Shown piece by piece: positions 8,782 through 18,203 of a stretch of DNA of 64,000 bases. The stretch is from positions 28,320-92,319 of the forward strand of contig CAWERS010000001.1 in NCBI GenBank assembly GCA_963811625.1. The letters are read 5' to 3'. Within the stretch, counting starts at the first letter, position 1, and every line of letters starts with the position of its first letter. The position numbers and the translations under genes are program-made. The notes beneath the pieces were generated by a model that was given only the letters and a program-made list of their open reading frames with translations, did no database searches and was not told the origin of the DNA. Source of the stretch: an uncultured bacterium (GTDB lineage Bacteria > Actinomycetota > Thermoleophilia > Solirubrobacterales > 70-9).

Positions 8782-8855
8782 CCCGGGCTGAGAATCCGAA
8801 GGTCCTGCGCGCCAGGACCGGCGGACTAAGCCCGGACAGCGGCTCGACTGGTCCG
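8782..8855 (+). repeat. Intergenic repeat family 2, copy R2
   Basis: CCCGGGCTGAGAATCCGAAGGTCC-tgcgcgcca-GGACCGGCGG...CGGCTCGA. Lies between the WS/DGAT start (8779) and the MFS start (8872). Confidence 0.7.
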
Positions 8856-8871
8856 CAATCATGGGGCTCAC

Positions 8872-10251
8872 GTGAGCGACGACTGGTCCTCGCACGCGAT
8901 CGGCGGGGCGCTATCCATTGCCGTCGGCCTGGTGCTCGCCGACTCCTCGGTGGTGGTCCTCGCGCTGCCCGAGATCTACCGCGACTTCAACGTCTCCGTC
9001 AACGCCCTGATCTGGGTCCTCGTGGCGTTCAACCTGGTGCTCGCCGCGGCGGCGGTCCCGGCCGCGCTCGTGGCACGCCGGCTGGGCCCGGCACGGGTTA
9101 CGTCGGCGGGGCTTGCCGTGTTCGCCCTCGGCGGCCTGCTGTGCGGCCTCTCGACTTCGCTGGCGCCGCTGATCGCCGCTCGCTGCCTCCAGGCCATCGG
9201 CGGCGCCGCCGCGGTCACCGGCGCGCTCGAGCTGATGCCATTCGCGGTCGGCTCGGAGCGCCGGGCGGCCACCGTCTGGGCGACGGCCGGTGCGATCGGC
9301 GCGGCGCTCGGGCCGGCGGCCGGCGGCGTGCTCACCCAGCTCGTTTCCTGGCAGTCGATCTTCCTGGTCCAGGTGCCGCTGGCGATCGCGGTCGCGATCC
9401 CCGTGCTCGCCGTGGCCCGCCTGGAATCGACCGACGCGACGCGACGCGGCGAGCTCCGGGCGACGGGGCGGCCGCATCTGGCCGCAAACCTCGCGCTGTG
9501 CCTGGTCTCGGCGGCGCTGGCGGCTGCCCTCTTCCTGATCGTCCTGTTGCTGATCGAGGGCTGGAGGTACTCGCCGATCGTCGCCGCCCTGGCGGTCTCG
9601 GTGATGCCGCTCGCCGCACTGGGCGCCCGCCCGCTGGCCCGGGCCGTGCACGACGCCCGCGCTCGCGCCGCCGCCGGGGCGATTCTCGTGGCGGGAGGGC
9701 TCGCCGGCCTGGGCCTGCTTCCTCGGGCGCTGATCCTCGCAACGTTCCCCTCGCAGATCCTGGTCGGCGTCGGTCTGACGCTGGTGCTCTCGGCATTGAC
9801 GGAGACTGCCCTGGAGGGCGACGCCCCGCAGGCGATCCACGGGGGTTGGACGATCACAGCCCGCCACGCCGGGGTCGTCGCCGGACTCCTCGTGCTGACG
9901 CCGATCTTCACCGCCGATCTGGTCACCGAACGGGGTGCCGCCGAGCAAGCCGGCACCGCGGCCCTGCTCGATGCCGATCTTCCGGTCACCTCCAAGATCG
10001 ATCTTGCAGAGCGTCTGGCCGCTCAGCTCTCCACCGAGCGGGGCAAGGTACCCACCGTCGGATCGGCGTTCGACCAGCTTCCCGGCGATCCGGTCGAGCG
10101 CGCCGAGGCCCTGCGGCTGAAGAGCACGCTCCAAGACGATCTCGACCGCGCGGCGACCCACGCTTTCAGGAACTCGTTTCTGATCGCCGCCGGCTTTGGT
10201 CTCGCGGCGCTCCTGCCGATCGGCCTCGGGCGTAGAAGGGTCAGCCTGTGA
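8872..10251 (+). CDS. MFS transporter
   Basis: 459-aa ORF with multiple hydrophobic helices and an MFS-like N-terminus (LADSSVVVLALPEIYRDFNVSVNALIWVLVAFNL). GTG start, exact start uncertain. Confidence 0.7.
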   Translation: MSDDWSSHAIGGALSIAVGLVLADSSVVVLALPEIYRDFNVSVNALIWVLVAFNLVLAAAAVPAALVARRLGPARVTSAGLAVFALGGLLCGLSTSLAPLIAARCLQAIGGAAAVTGALELMPFAVGSERRAATVWATAGAIGAALGPAAGGVLTQLVSWQSIFLVQVPLAIAVAIPVLAVARLESTDATRRGELRATGRPHLAANLALCLVSAALAAALFLIVLLLIEGWRYSPIVAALAVSVMPLAALGARPLARAVHDARARAAAGAILVAGGLAGLGLLPRALILATFPSQILVGVGLTLVLSALTETALEGDAPQAIHGGWTITARHAGVVAGLLVLTPIFTADLVTERGAAEQAGTAALLDADLPVTSKIDLAERLAAQLSTERGKVPTVGSAFDQLPGDPVERAEALRLKSTLQDDLDRAATHAFRNSFLIAAGFGLAALLPIGLGRRRVSL

Positions 10252-10772
10252 GGCCGCGTGTCCTCGTGGTCGGCGCCGCAATCGCCTCGCTGGCGCTGGT
10301 CCTCACGTCATTGGCGCTCGGCGGCGCGTCGTACGAGCCAAGTCCAGTCCAGGATCCGTGCAAGCCGCGTCCCTGGCGCTCCCCGCAGGGCATCGACCAG
10401 GTCGCTCAGCAGCTGACCCTCTCGGCGCTCGACGGCGCCGCCTGCGAGCTCCATGTCTCGCGCGAGACCCTGGTCCTCGCCCTGGGAACCGCGGAGGGGC
10501 GATCCCAGTTTGCGAACGACCCACGCCTCGCAGCCGCGCTTCGCGCTGGCCTGATTCGGGCCATCGACGACGCCGAGCGCGCCGGCGCGATACCCGGGAC
10601 CGTCGCCGACGGTCTGCGAGCGGTCGTTGAAAGCCTCCCCACCGACAGGCTTGTCGCCGCCCTGATGAACGCCGCCAACCTGTTCGATCAGGCCCGCGGC
10701 GTGCTCGGTCCGCTGGGCGATCTCCTGGGAGCGCTCGGATGTTGTGAAGTGCAGACGCTCGAGGTCAATTGA
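10248..10772 (+). CDS. Hypothetical membrane-anchored protein
   Basis: 174-aa ORF. Its GTG start overlaps the MFS stop (GTGA). N-terminal hydrophobic helix, high GC3. No recognised domain. Confidence 0.55.
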   Translation: MRPRVLVVGAAIASLALVLTSLALGGASYEPSPVQDPCKPRPWRSPQGIDQVAQQLTLSALDGAACELHVSRETLVLALGTAEGRSQFANDPRLAAALRAGLIRAIDDAERAGAIPGTVADGLRAVVESLPTDRLVAALMNAANLFDQARGVLGPLGDLLGALGCCEVQTLEVN

Positions 10773-12273
10773 TTGCGTAACGCGCCAGTGCCTCCTGTCG
10801 CGCCGCGAGGTGGTCGACCATCGGGTGTGGGTAATCCTCGCCGATCACGCAGTCAACCCGGTGCTGGACCTCGATCGGCATCCTCCAGGGCTCGCGCAGG
10901 TGCTCGTCGGGCACGGCGCAAAGCTCGGGCAGGTTGCGGCGGACGTAGTTTCCACTGGGGTCGTAGCGCTCCATGTGACGCGTCGGGTTGTAGATGCGTC
11001 TGAAGGCAGGTTGGGGATCGACCCCGACCGACGCGATCCATTGCCAGTTGCCGTTGTTGTTGGCCTCGTCGCCGTCAATCAACAGGCGCATGAACCAGCG
11101 CTCGCCCCATCGCCAGTCGATGCCGAGGTCCTTGGTCAGGAACGAGGCGACGACGAGGCGAGCCCGATTGTGCATCCATCCCTCGTGGCGGAGCTGGCGC
11201 ATCCCGGCATCGACGAGCGGATATCCCGTTCGTCCCAGCGTCCAGGTTTCGAAGGCTCGCTCGGCGCGGCTCCAGCGGATCGAGCCCCGGTAGCGCTGCT
11301 GAAACTCCGAGCGGGCGTTGCGGGGAAAGTGCCGAAGCACGTGGTGATGGAAGTCGCGCCAGCAGAGCTGGCGTCGAAACGCGTCGGCTCCCTCGCCCCG
11401 CGGCAGAAGCTGCTCGACCTCGCGGGGAGAGAGGCAGCCGAGGTGCAGATAGGGGGAGAGGCGCGATGTCTTGTCCTCGCCGAGCGCATCCCGGTTCGAC
11501 CCGTATCGCCGTACGTCGGTGGCGAGAAAGCGGCGCAGCCGCTCGCGCGCCGGGCCCTCCCCGCCCCGGAGGGGCTCGGTGACCTCCTGCTCGAGCCCGA
11601 GCTCTCGGAGCTGGGGCAGGCGCCCGCGTCGCAGCCTCGAGGGGAGCGGCGGCAGCTTGCGCGGCGCGCCGAGCGGCGCGCGGCGCCCGCCGCGAAGCCA
11701 AGCACGATGAAACGGCGAGAAGACCGTGTACGGGCGGCCCTTCCCGGTGCGAAGCGCGCCGACGTCGTCCACCGTGGTCAGGCCGGGGTGGGCGACGAGC
11801 CCGATCCCAGCTTCGCGACAGGCCTCCTCGACTCGCTGATCACGACGGCGCGAGTATGGACTGACGTCGGCGGTGAGGTGGACCGTGTCCGCGTTCACCT
11901 GATTGGCAAGCTGAGGCAGTTCATGCTCGGGCGGCCCGCGCCGCACTACGAGGCTGGAACCGCGCACCCGCAGCGAAGCGTGGAGGTCGGCGAGACACTC
12001 GAGCAGGAACTGGGTGCGCGACCCGGACGCATGGCGACCGTGCAGAAGACGGTCGTCGAAGCAGAACACCGGCACGACTCGGTTGTGGTGGTCGAGCGCA
12101 GCACGCAGCGCCGGATGGTCGTGCAGCCGCAGATCGCGGCGAAGCCAGACCAGGGCGGTCAATGCGAGATCCGGATCACGGTGTCCGTGGACCCGCCTGC
12201 TTTCGGTACTCGGCCTCGTAGACGGGTTGCCCGGTGGGCTCCTCTCGGCGCCCGTGCCTCGCGGTGCGGGCAA
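10765..12273 (-). CDS. phr: Deoxyribodipyrimidine photolyase (cryptochrome/photolyase family)
   Basis: Motifs WLRRDLRLHDHPAL, CWRDFHHHVL, TGYPLVDAGMRQL, GWMHNRARLVVASFLTKDL, DGDEANNNGNWQW. The true start is probably downstream of 12273 (for example GTG near 12192), because the ORF overlaps the MMPL stop. Confidence 0.9.
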   Translation of the reverse strand: MPAPRGTGAERSPPGNPSTRPSTESRRVHGHRDPDLALTALVWLRRDLRLHDHPALRAALDHHNRVVPVFCFDDRLLHGRHASGSRTQFLLECLADLHASLRVRGSSLVVRRGPPEHELPQLANQVNADTVHLTADVSPYSRRRDQRVEEACREAGIGLVAHPGLTTVDDVGALRTGKGRPYTVFSPFHRAWLRGGRRAPLGAPRKLPPLPSRLRRGRLPQLRELGLEQEVTEPLRGGEGPARERLRRFLATDVRRYGSNRDALGEDKTSRLSPYLHLGCLSPREVEQLLPRGEGADAFRRQLCWRDFHHHVLRHFPRNARSEFQQRYRGSIRWSRAERAFETWTLGRTGYPLVDAGMRQLRHEGWMHNRARLVVASFLTKDLGIDWRWGERWFMRLLIDGDEANNNGNWQWIASVGVDPQPAFRRIYNPTRHMERYDPSGNYVRRNLPELCAVPDEHLREPWRMPIEVQHRVDCVIGEDYPHPMVDHLAARQEALARYAIN

Positions 12274-14353
12274 GCGACGAGGGCAGCCATACCGGGTCGC
12301 CGATATCGAGCACCAGGGCCGGCACCAGCAGCGATCTGACTAGGAAGGTGTCGATCAGGACGCCGACCGCGATCGTGAAGCCGATCTCGGTCAGCGCCAC
12401 GAGCGGCAGCACCGCCAGGGTCGAGAAGGTGCCTGCCAACACCACGCCGGCCGAAGTGATCACCGCCCCGGTGGCGGCAAGGCCTCGGATCGTCCCGCCG
12501 CGAGTGCCGTGCGTCAGGGTCTCCTCGCGCACCCGGGCCATCAGGAAGATGTTGTAGTCGATGCCGAGCGCCACCAGGAAGATGAACGCGAACAGCGGCA
12601 GGCCGGGGTCGATGCCATCGAACTGGAACACCTTCTCGAAGAAGAACGCTCCGATCCCCAGGGCGGCGAAGAACGAGACGATGACGGTCCCGATCAGGAC
12701 CAGCGGGGCAACGACGGCGCGCAGCAGCGCCATCAGGATCAGGAAGACGACGAGCAGGGCTATCGGGACGATGACGACGGTGTCGCGCGCCGTCGATTCG
12801 CGCAGGTCGCGCTCCTGGGCGGTGGGCCCGCCCACCAGGACGCTTTCGCCTCCGGCGGCGTGCACCGCCTTGCGCAGCCCCGGGATCAGGTTGAAGGCGG
12901 TCGTGCTGTAGGGATCCTCCGCAAGGGTGACCTCGAGCTTCGTGCCCGTCGGGCCCTGTTCCTCGTTCGGGGAGACCTCGGCTACGCCGGGAGCATTCGC
13001 CGCAGCGGTGCGCACCGCGTCGAGCTTCGACTCGTCGGTGACCACCACGTAGGTCGGCGCATTGGCGCCGGCGGGGAAGCCCTGGTTGAGCAGCTTCTGG
13101 CCCTGCACCGAGTCGACATCGTTCCGGAACCCGTTGCCGGTGGTCAGGTCGCTGTTGAGGTGGACCAACCCCAGGCTCATCACGGCCAGCACCGCCGTGG
13201 TCCCGATCCACACCCGGCGCGGGCCCCGGGCGACCCGCTCCGCGATCCGTCGCCAAGAGCCGTGGGTCTCATCGGCTCCCTCGGTGCCGTAGCGCGGAAT
13301 GAAGGGCCAGAAGGCGCGGCGCCCGAACACCGTCAGCAGCGCCGGGAGGAGCGTCAGCATCGAGATCATCGCCAGCGCGATCCCCATCGCGCCGACCGGC
13401 CCGAGCCCGGAGGTGCCCGTCACTTCGGCCAGGGTCAGGGTCAGGAGCGCCGCGATCACGGTCGCCCCGGAGGCGAGAATGACCGGGCTGGTTCGCGACA
13501 GCGTCCGCCGGATCGCGTCGTGCTTGTCCTCGTGCCGGCGCAGCTCCTCGCGGTAGCGCGAGACCATCAGCAGCGCATAGTCGGTGCCGGCGCCGAAGAC
13601 GAGCACCGGGAGGATCCCTCCGGACTGCCCGGTCACGGTCACCCCGGCCTCGGTGAGCAGGTAGCCGAGCCCGCGTGAGGTCACCTCGGCCAGGAGCACC
13701 GAGAAGAACGGGATCATCCAGAAGATCGGGCTGCGGTAGATGACGATCAGCAGGATCAGGACGAGCGCGCCGGTCGCGTACAGCAGGGTGCCGTTGATGT
13801 CGTTGAAGACGTCGACCGCGTCAGCCGAGAAGCCGGCCGGCCCCGTCACCTTGGCCACCAGACCGCTCGGCAGGGAGTCGAGCTCGTCCTTGATGTCATT
13901 CGGCGTCTCGGTGAGCACGTCCTGCGCAGCACCGGTGGCTCCCCGGGGCACGGTGATCGGCGTCGTCAACAGGGCGGTGGCGCCGTCGGCCGAGGTCAGC
14001 GCGGGCCCGGTCTTGGCCACGCCATCTCGGCGCTGGGCGTTGACTGCCGCGCGCACCTGCTGGATCGCGGCCCTGTCCTCGCCGGTCAGCCCGCCGTCGC
14101 GATGAAAGACGGTGATCGCGTCGGCCTCATCCTGCGATGGAAACCCCTTCAGCGCATCGATCGCCTTCACCGACTCCGCGTTTGCCGGAAGGTAGTCGGC
14201 GGGATCGTTCTCCTGGGCATCCTCGAACTTGCCCGACAGCGGCCCGATCGCCGCCGCGACCACCAGCCAGACGCCGATCACCGCGAACTTGGCGCGTCGG
14301 CCGCCGGGCAGCCGGGCCAGGGTGCTGGCGATCGGCCAACGCCTTTGCTTCAC
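12176..14353 (-). CDS. MMPL family (RND superfamily) membrane transporter
   Basis: 725-aa ORF with two blocks of transmembrane helices separated by soluble loops and a typical MMPL N-terminus. Its GTG start overlaps the cfa stop (GTGA at 14350-14353). Confidence 0.85.
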   Translation of the reverse strand: MKQRRWPIASTLARLPGGRRAKFAVIGVWLVVAAAIGPLSGKFEDAQENDPADYLPANAESVKAIDALKGFPSQDEADAITVFHRDGGLTGEDRAAIQQVRAAVNAQRRDGVAKTGPALTSADGATALLTTPITVPRGATGAAQDVLTETPNDIKDELDSLPSGLVAKVTGPAGFSADAVDVFNDINGTLLYATGALVLILLIVIYRSPIFWMIPFFSVLLAEVTSRGLGYLLTEAGVTVTGQSGGILPVLVFGAGTDYALLMVSRYREELRRHEDKHDAIRRTLSRTSPVILASGATVIAALLTLTLAEVTGTSGLGPVGAMGIALAMISMLTLLPALLTVFGRRAFWPFIPRYGTEGADETHGSWRRIAERVARGPRRVWIGTTAVLAVMSLGLVHLNSDLTTGNGFRNDVDSVQGQKLLNQGFPAGANAPTYVVVTDESKLDAVRTAAANAPGVAEVSPNEEQGPTGTKLEVTLAEDPYSTTAFNLIPGLRKAVHAAGGESVLVGGPTAQERDLRESTARDTVVIVPIALLVVFLILMALLRAVVAPLVLIGTVIVSFFAALGIGAFFFEKVFQFDGIDPGLPLFAFIFLVALGIDYNIFLMARVREETLTHGTRGGTIRGLAATGAVITSAGVVLAGTFSTLAVLPLVALTEIGFTIAVGVLIDTFLVRSLLVPALVLDIGDPVWLPSSLARTARHGRREEPTGQPVYEAEYRKQAGPRTP

Positions 14354-15664
14354 CGCGATCTCGCGCGGGCTTCGCTTTGGTCACGGGCGGGACCAAGATT
14401 CGGCGAACGGTCATTCGTCGCAGCCCGCGCCCCGGGGCTGGTCGGCAGGCGACAGGGGAACCCACTCGGCCAGGCCGGCTTAGCGAAGAGGAGTTGCAGG
14501 TCGCGCAGGCGTGCCTCGCGAAACCCGGCCTCCGAGATCGCGAGGTACATCTCCCAGAGGCGGCGAAAGCGCTCGTCGTAGCCGAGCTCTGCGAGCTGCT
14601 CCGAGGCCGCCAGAAAGCGTTGGCGCCAATGGCGCAGGGTGAGCACGTAGCTCGGGCCGATGTCATCGAGCCAGACCGGCCGCATGTCGGTCCGGCGGAT
14701 GACCGAGCGCTGGATCGCGCCGAGCGAGGGCAGGCAGCCGCCCGGGAAGATCAGCGTGTTGGAGAAGCTGCGTGCGCTCTTCTCGGCCTCGTAGGCGCGG
14801 TCATCGATCGCGATCGCCTGCAGGAACATCAGGCCGTGGGGCGCCAGCAGCGCGGAGCAACGCTCGAAGAAGGTGTCGAAGTACTCCCAACCGACCGCCT
14901 CGATCATCTCGATCGACGCCAGCCTGTCGTAGCTCCCCGTCAGCTCCCGATAGTCCGCGCCGAGCACCCGAACCCGCGATTCGAGCCCGGCGGCGCGGAT
15001 TCGCCCCTCCGCGTACTCGCGCTGCTCGCCCGAGATTGTGGTGGTGGTGACCCGGCAGCCGCGCCGTGACGCCGCGTAGAGCGCGAGCCCGCCCCAGCCG
15101 GTCCCGATCTCGAGCAGGTGCTGGTCGGGTCCCAGCTCGAGGGCATCGCAGATCCGCTCCAGCCGCGCCCGCTGAGCGTCCTCCAGCGTGGCCTCCGGCC
15201 GCTCGAACAGTGCGCTCGAGTACATCATCCACTCGCGGTCCAGAAACAGCTCGAACATCTCGTTGCCGAGGTCGTAGTGCGCGGCGATGTTGCGTCGAGC
15301 TCCGCGCCGAGTGTTCAGCACCGGCAGCGTCGCGGACTCGTTGGAGGGGGCGAAGCAGTGGTGCCAAGCGGCTGCGAAGGTGATCGCTGCGGCGAAGCTC
15401 GCGGGCGCCGATTCGAAACAGCGTGACCAGGTCGTCGGTGTCCCAGAGCCCCTCGGCGTAGGCCTGGCCGAGACCGACGCTGCGCTCTTTGACGAGCATC
15501 CCGTAGACGTCCGGTGAGAGGACGACGACCGTCGCCCGGAGGGCGGCGTCGTCCGGGCCGAAGCGATGGCAATCCCCGCTCCATCCCTCCCGCAGGTCGA
15601 TGCGGCCGCTCCGCACCCTCCCCAGGAGGGCGTGCACAGCGGCGCGCGCGGCCCGCTCGATCAT
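14350..15664 (-). pseudogene. cfa: Cyclopropane-fatty-acyl-phospholipid synthase, split by an apparent 1-nt frameshift
   Basis: The N-terminal part (MIERAARA...GLGQAYAEGLWDTDDLVTLFRI...LAPLLRP) is in the frame of ORF 14801-15664. The C-terminal part (NTRRGARRNIAAHYDLGNEMF...EIGTGWGGLA...) is in the frame of ORF 14350-15321. Total length is 1315 nt (3n+1). The frames switch at or near the G5 run at 15346-15350. Confidence 0.8.
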
Positions 15665-16456
15665 CGCCCCGCGACCCTCGGAGCGGATCGGTAAGCGTCG
15701 CCGCGGCCGCCGGCTCTCGCCCCGGGGTGGGGGTGATACCGCGCTCCCTTGAGCTTCAGACGCAGAGCGTTTGCGTAGATCCGGGCGGGGACCGCGAGCG
15801 ACATCGGCGGGTAGGTCAACAGAACGCGCGTCATCAGTGCGGGGGAGAGCTCACGCCGTCGCATCGCCAGCGTCGCGTCGAACACCCTGCTGCCTCCCTC
15901 GAGGTTGGCGATCCGGACGTGTAGGGCATCGCCCGGCTCCGTAATCCGCCATTCGTACTCTTGCTCCATGGGCATGAAGGGGGAGACATGGAGGCGCTTT
16001 GCGAGCCGCCCGCGGATGGGCCCCGAGCCATTCCGCTCGACCACATAGGCGTGGCGCTCGCGCCAGGGAATGTTCGTGACCTCGGCGATCACCGCCTCGA
16101 CACGCTCACCCGGCCCGATCGTAGAGGTAGTAGAAGCTGACCGGGTTGAAGCTGCGGCCGAGGTAGCGCAGGTGGGTGAGCAGGCGCACCGGGCCCTCCG
16201 GCCGGTGGCCGGTGCGCGCCTCGACCAGTCGCCGGGCCGACTCGGCCAGCGGGACGTCGGGGTCCCCAAGGTAGTCGGAGCGGCGGAACCGCACCGGCGC
16301 CGGGCGCCGCGCCGAGTAGAGGGGATGGCGGTCGAACAGCTCCGGGAGCTCGTCCAGATCGAGCAGAGTCATGAAGACCCGGTAGCGGAACGAGTGCTGG
16401 ACCTCGCCGAGGCGCCGGTGACGGACCCAGCCCTCGTAGATCGCCGAGCTGCTCAC
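15661..16456 (-). pseudogene. DUF1365 family protein, split by an apparent 1-nt frameshift
   Basis: SAIYEGWVRHRR...FNPVSFYYLYDRAG then a stop at 16106. The sequence continues as ERVEAVIAEVTNIPWRERHAYV in the frame of ORF 15661-16269. Total length is 796 nt (3n+1). Removing one C from the C3 run at 16109-16111 restores the frame. GTG start at 16456 overlaps the upstream stop. Confidence 0.8.
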
Positions 16457-17733
16457 GCGGCGATCCCCAGAGGCTCGGCTGCGGGCAGCGGCGACAGATT
16501 CCGCGTCAGCGGCTCGCAGGCGCGGAGCGCGCTCCACACGCCGTCCTCGTGAAAGCCCCAGCGCCAGTAGGCGCCGCAGTAGTGGGTGCGGTCTCGACCG
16601 CTGATCTCGCCGTGACGGCGTTGGGCGCCGACCCCGGCCCGTGTGAAGACCGGGTGCTGGTACTCGATCTTGCGGATCACCTTGGCGGGGTCGATCGCGT
16701 CGGTGCGGTTCAGGGTCACGCAGAATTCCCGGTCGGCCGAGAGCGCCTGCAGGCGATTCATGTGGTAGGTGACGGTGGTCAGGCCGGCTGGCTCGTCCAC
16801 CAGGTGGAAGTTCCAGCTCGCCCAGGCCCGCCGGCGGCGAGGAAGCAGGCGCTCGTCCGTGTGCAGGACCGTCTCGTTTCGCTGGTAGGGGAAGGAGCCG
16901 AGGATCTCCCGCTCGAGTGGCGAGGGGTCGGCCAGCATCCCGAGCGCCTGGTCGGAGTGGGTGGCGATCACGACCTCGTCGAAGTCCTGCGATCGGTCGT
17001 CGAAGGCGATCTCGACGCGATCGAGATGGCGCTCAATGCGCCGCACCGGCGTTCGCAGCCGGATGCGGTCGCGCATCGGGGCGATCAGCGCCTCGACGTA
17101 GGTCCGGCTGCCGCCGACGATCGTGCGCCAGCGGGGCCGTCCGGTCAGGGCAAGGATCCCGTGGTTGTCGAAGAACTCCGCGAGGAAGCTGGCCGGAAAG
17201 GACCAGAGCTGCTCCGGGTCTGCCGACCAGACCGCGGATACCTGGGGCACGATCAGTCGCTCGATGAAGTAGTCGGAATATCCGCCGTCGGCCAGGAACC
17301 GTCGTAGCGAGGGCCCGCTCCCGTTGGTCCCGATCAGCGCTCGGGCCTCCCGGTTGAAGCGAAGCATGTCGAGAAGCATTCGGTGAAAGCGCCGGTCGAC
17401 TAGGTGGGCGGGGTTTGCGAACAGGCCGGCCGGGCGGCTCGCCCATTCGAATTGGCCCGCCTCGTCGGCGACCGAGAAGCTCATGTCGGCGGGCTGGGTG
17501 GCGACCCCGAGCCGGTCGAGCAGCCGCCCGAAATTCGGATAGTTGCGGTCGTTGAAGACGATGAACCCGGTGTCCACGTTCCACGCACCGCACTCGGTCT
17601 CGACCCGGATCGTGTTGGTGTGGCCGCCGGGGTAGTCGGCGGCTTCGAACAAGGTGATCTCATGACCGGCGTCGTGGAGGCGGCGGGCGGCGACCAGGCC
17701 CGACACGCCGCCGCCGACGATCGCGACCCTCAT
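16453..17733 (-). CDS. NAD(P)/FAD-dependent oxidoreductase (amine-oxidase-like)
   Basis: 426-aa ORF with dinucleotide-binding N-terminus MRVAIVGGGVSGLVAARRLHDAGHEITLFEAADYPGGH. Sits in the usual position upstream of DUF1365 and cfa. Confidence 0.85.
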   Translation of the reverse strand: MRVAIVGGGVSGLVAARRLHDAGHEITLFEAADYPGGHTNTIRVETECGAWNVDTGFIVFNDRNYPNFGRLLDRLGVATQPADMSFSVADEAGQFEWASRPAGLFANPAHLVDRRFHRMLLDMLRFNREARALIGTNGSGPSLRRFLADGGYSDYFIERLIVPQVSAVWSADPEQLWSFPASFLAEFFDNHGILALTGRPRWRTIVGGSRTYVEALIAPMRDRIRLRTPVRRIERHLDRVEIAFDDRSQDFDEVVIATHSDQALGMLADPSPLEREILGSFPYQRNETVLHTDERLLPRRRRAWASWNFHLVDEPAGLTTVTYHMNRLQALSADREFCVTLNRTDAIDPAKVIRKIEYQHPVFTRAGVGAQRRHGEISGRDRTHYCGAYWRWGFHEDGVWSALRACEPLTRNLSPLPAAEPLGIAA

Positions 17734-18203
17734 GCGGACCCGCTGACCGGAGCCGGGGTGCGGCCGAAGCGATCTGCCAGGGTGGCGGCCAACCCCACCT
17801 TAGCCCGGTCGCCGACCCGCCGAAAGAGGAGGCCGAGGACCGGATCGGCGATGCGCAGCGCTCCCCGGAGGCGGAGCCTGGCGTCGTAGGTCACCTGCGC
17901 GCCGAAGCTGGGCAGGGCGCTCACCGTGATCGTGTCCTCGGAGACCACGGTCGGGGTCTCGGCGCGGAGCACCACACGGCGGGGCGGGTCGATCTCGACG
18001 GTGCGGTACTCGAGCGGGACGCGGCGACCGAGGAAGTCGGCGACGACGTGGAAGCGCGCCCCGACGCGCAGCGGCTCGTCGGTCAGGCTCCTGGCCTCGC
18101 TGACGCCCGGATCCCACTCGGCGGTCGAGCTGAAGTCGGCCAGATACTCGAACACCTCCATGGGGGATCCAGGTGAGGTCACGGTAGTTGCGTAGTGGGC
18201 CAT
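17730..18203 (-). CDS. SRPBCC (polyketide cyclase/dehydrase-like) family protein
   Basis: Track ORF 17730-19247 trimmed to ATG at 18203 (MAHYATTVTSPGSPMEVFEYLADFSSTAEWDPGV). ATGA overlaps at both ends (18203 and 17730-17733). Confidence 0.75.
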   Translation of the reverse strand: MAHYATTVTSPGSPMEVFEYLADFSSTAEWDPGVSEARSLTDEPLRVGARFHVVADFLGRRVPLEYRTVEIDPPRRVVLRAETPTVVSEDTITVSALPSFGAQVTYDARLRLRGALRIADPVLGLLFRRVGDRAKVGLAATLADRFGRTPAPVSGSA

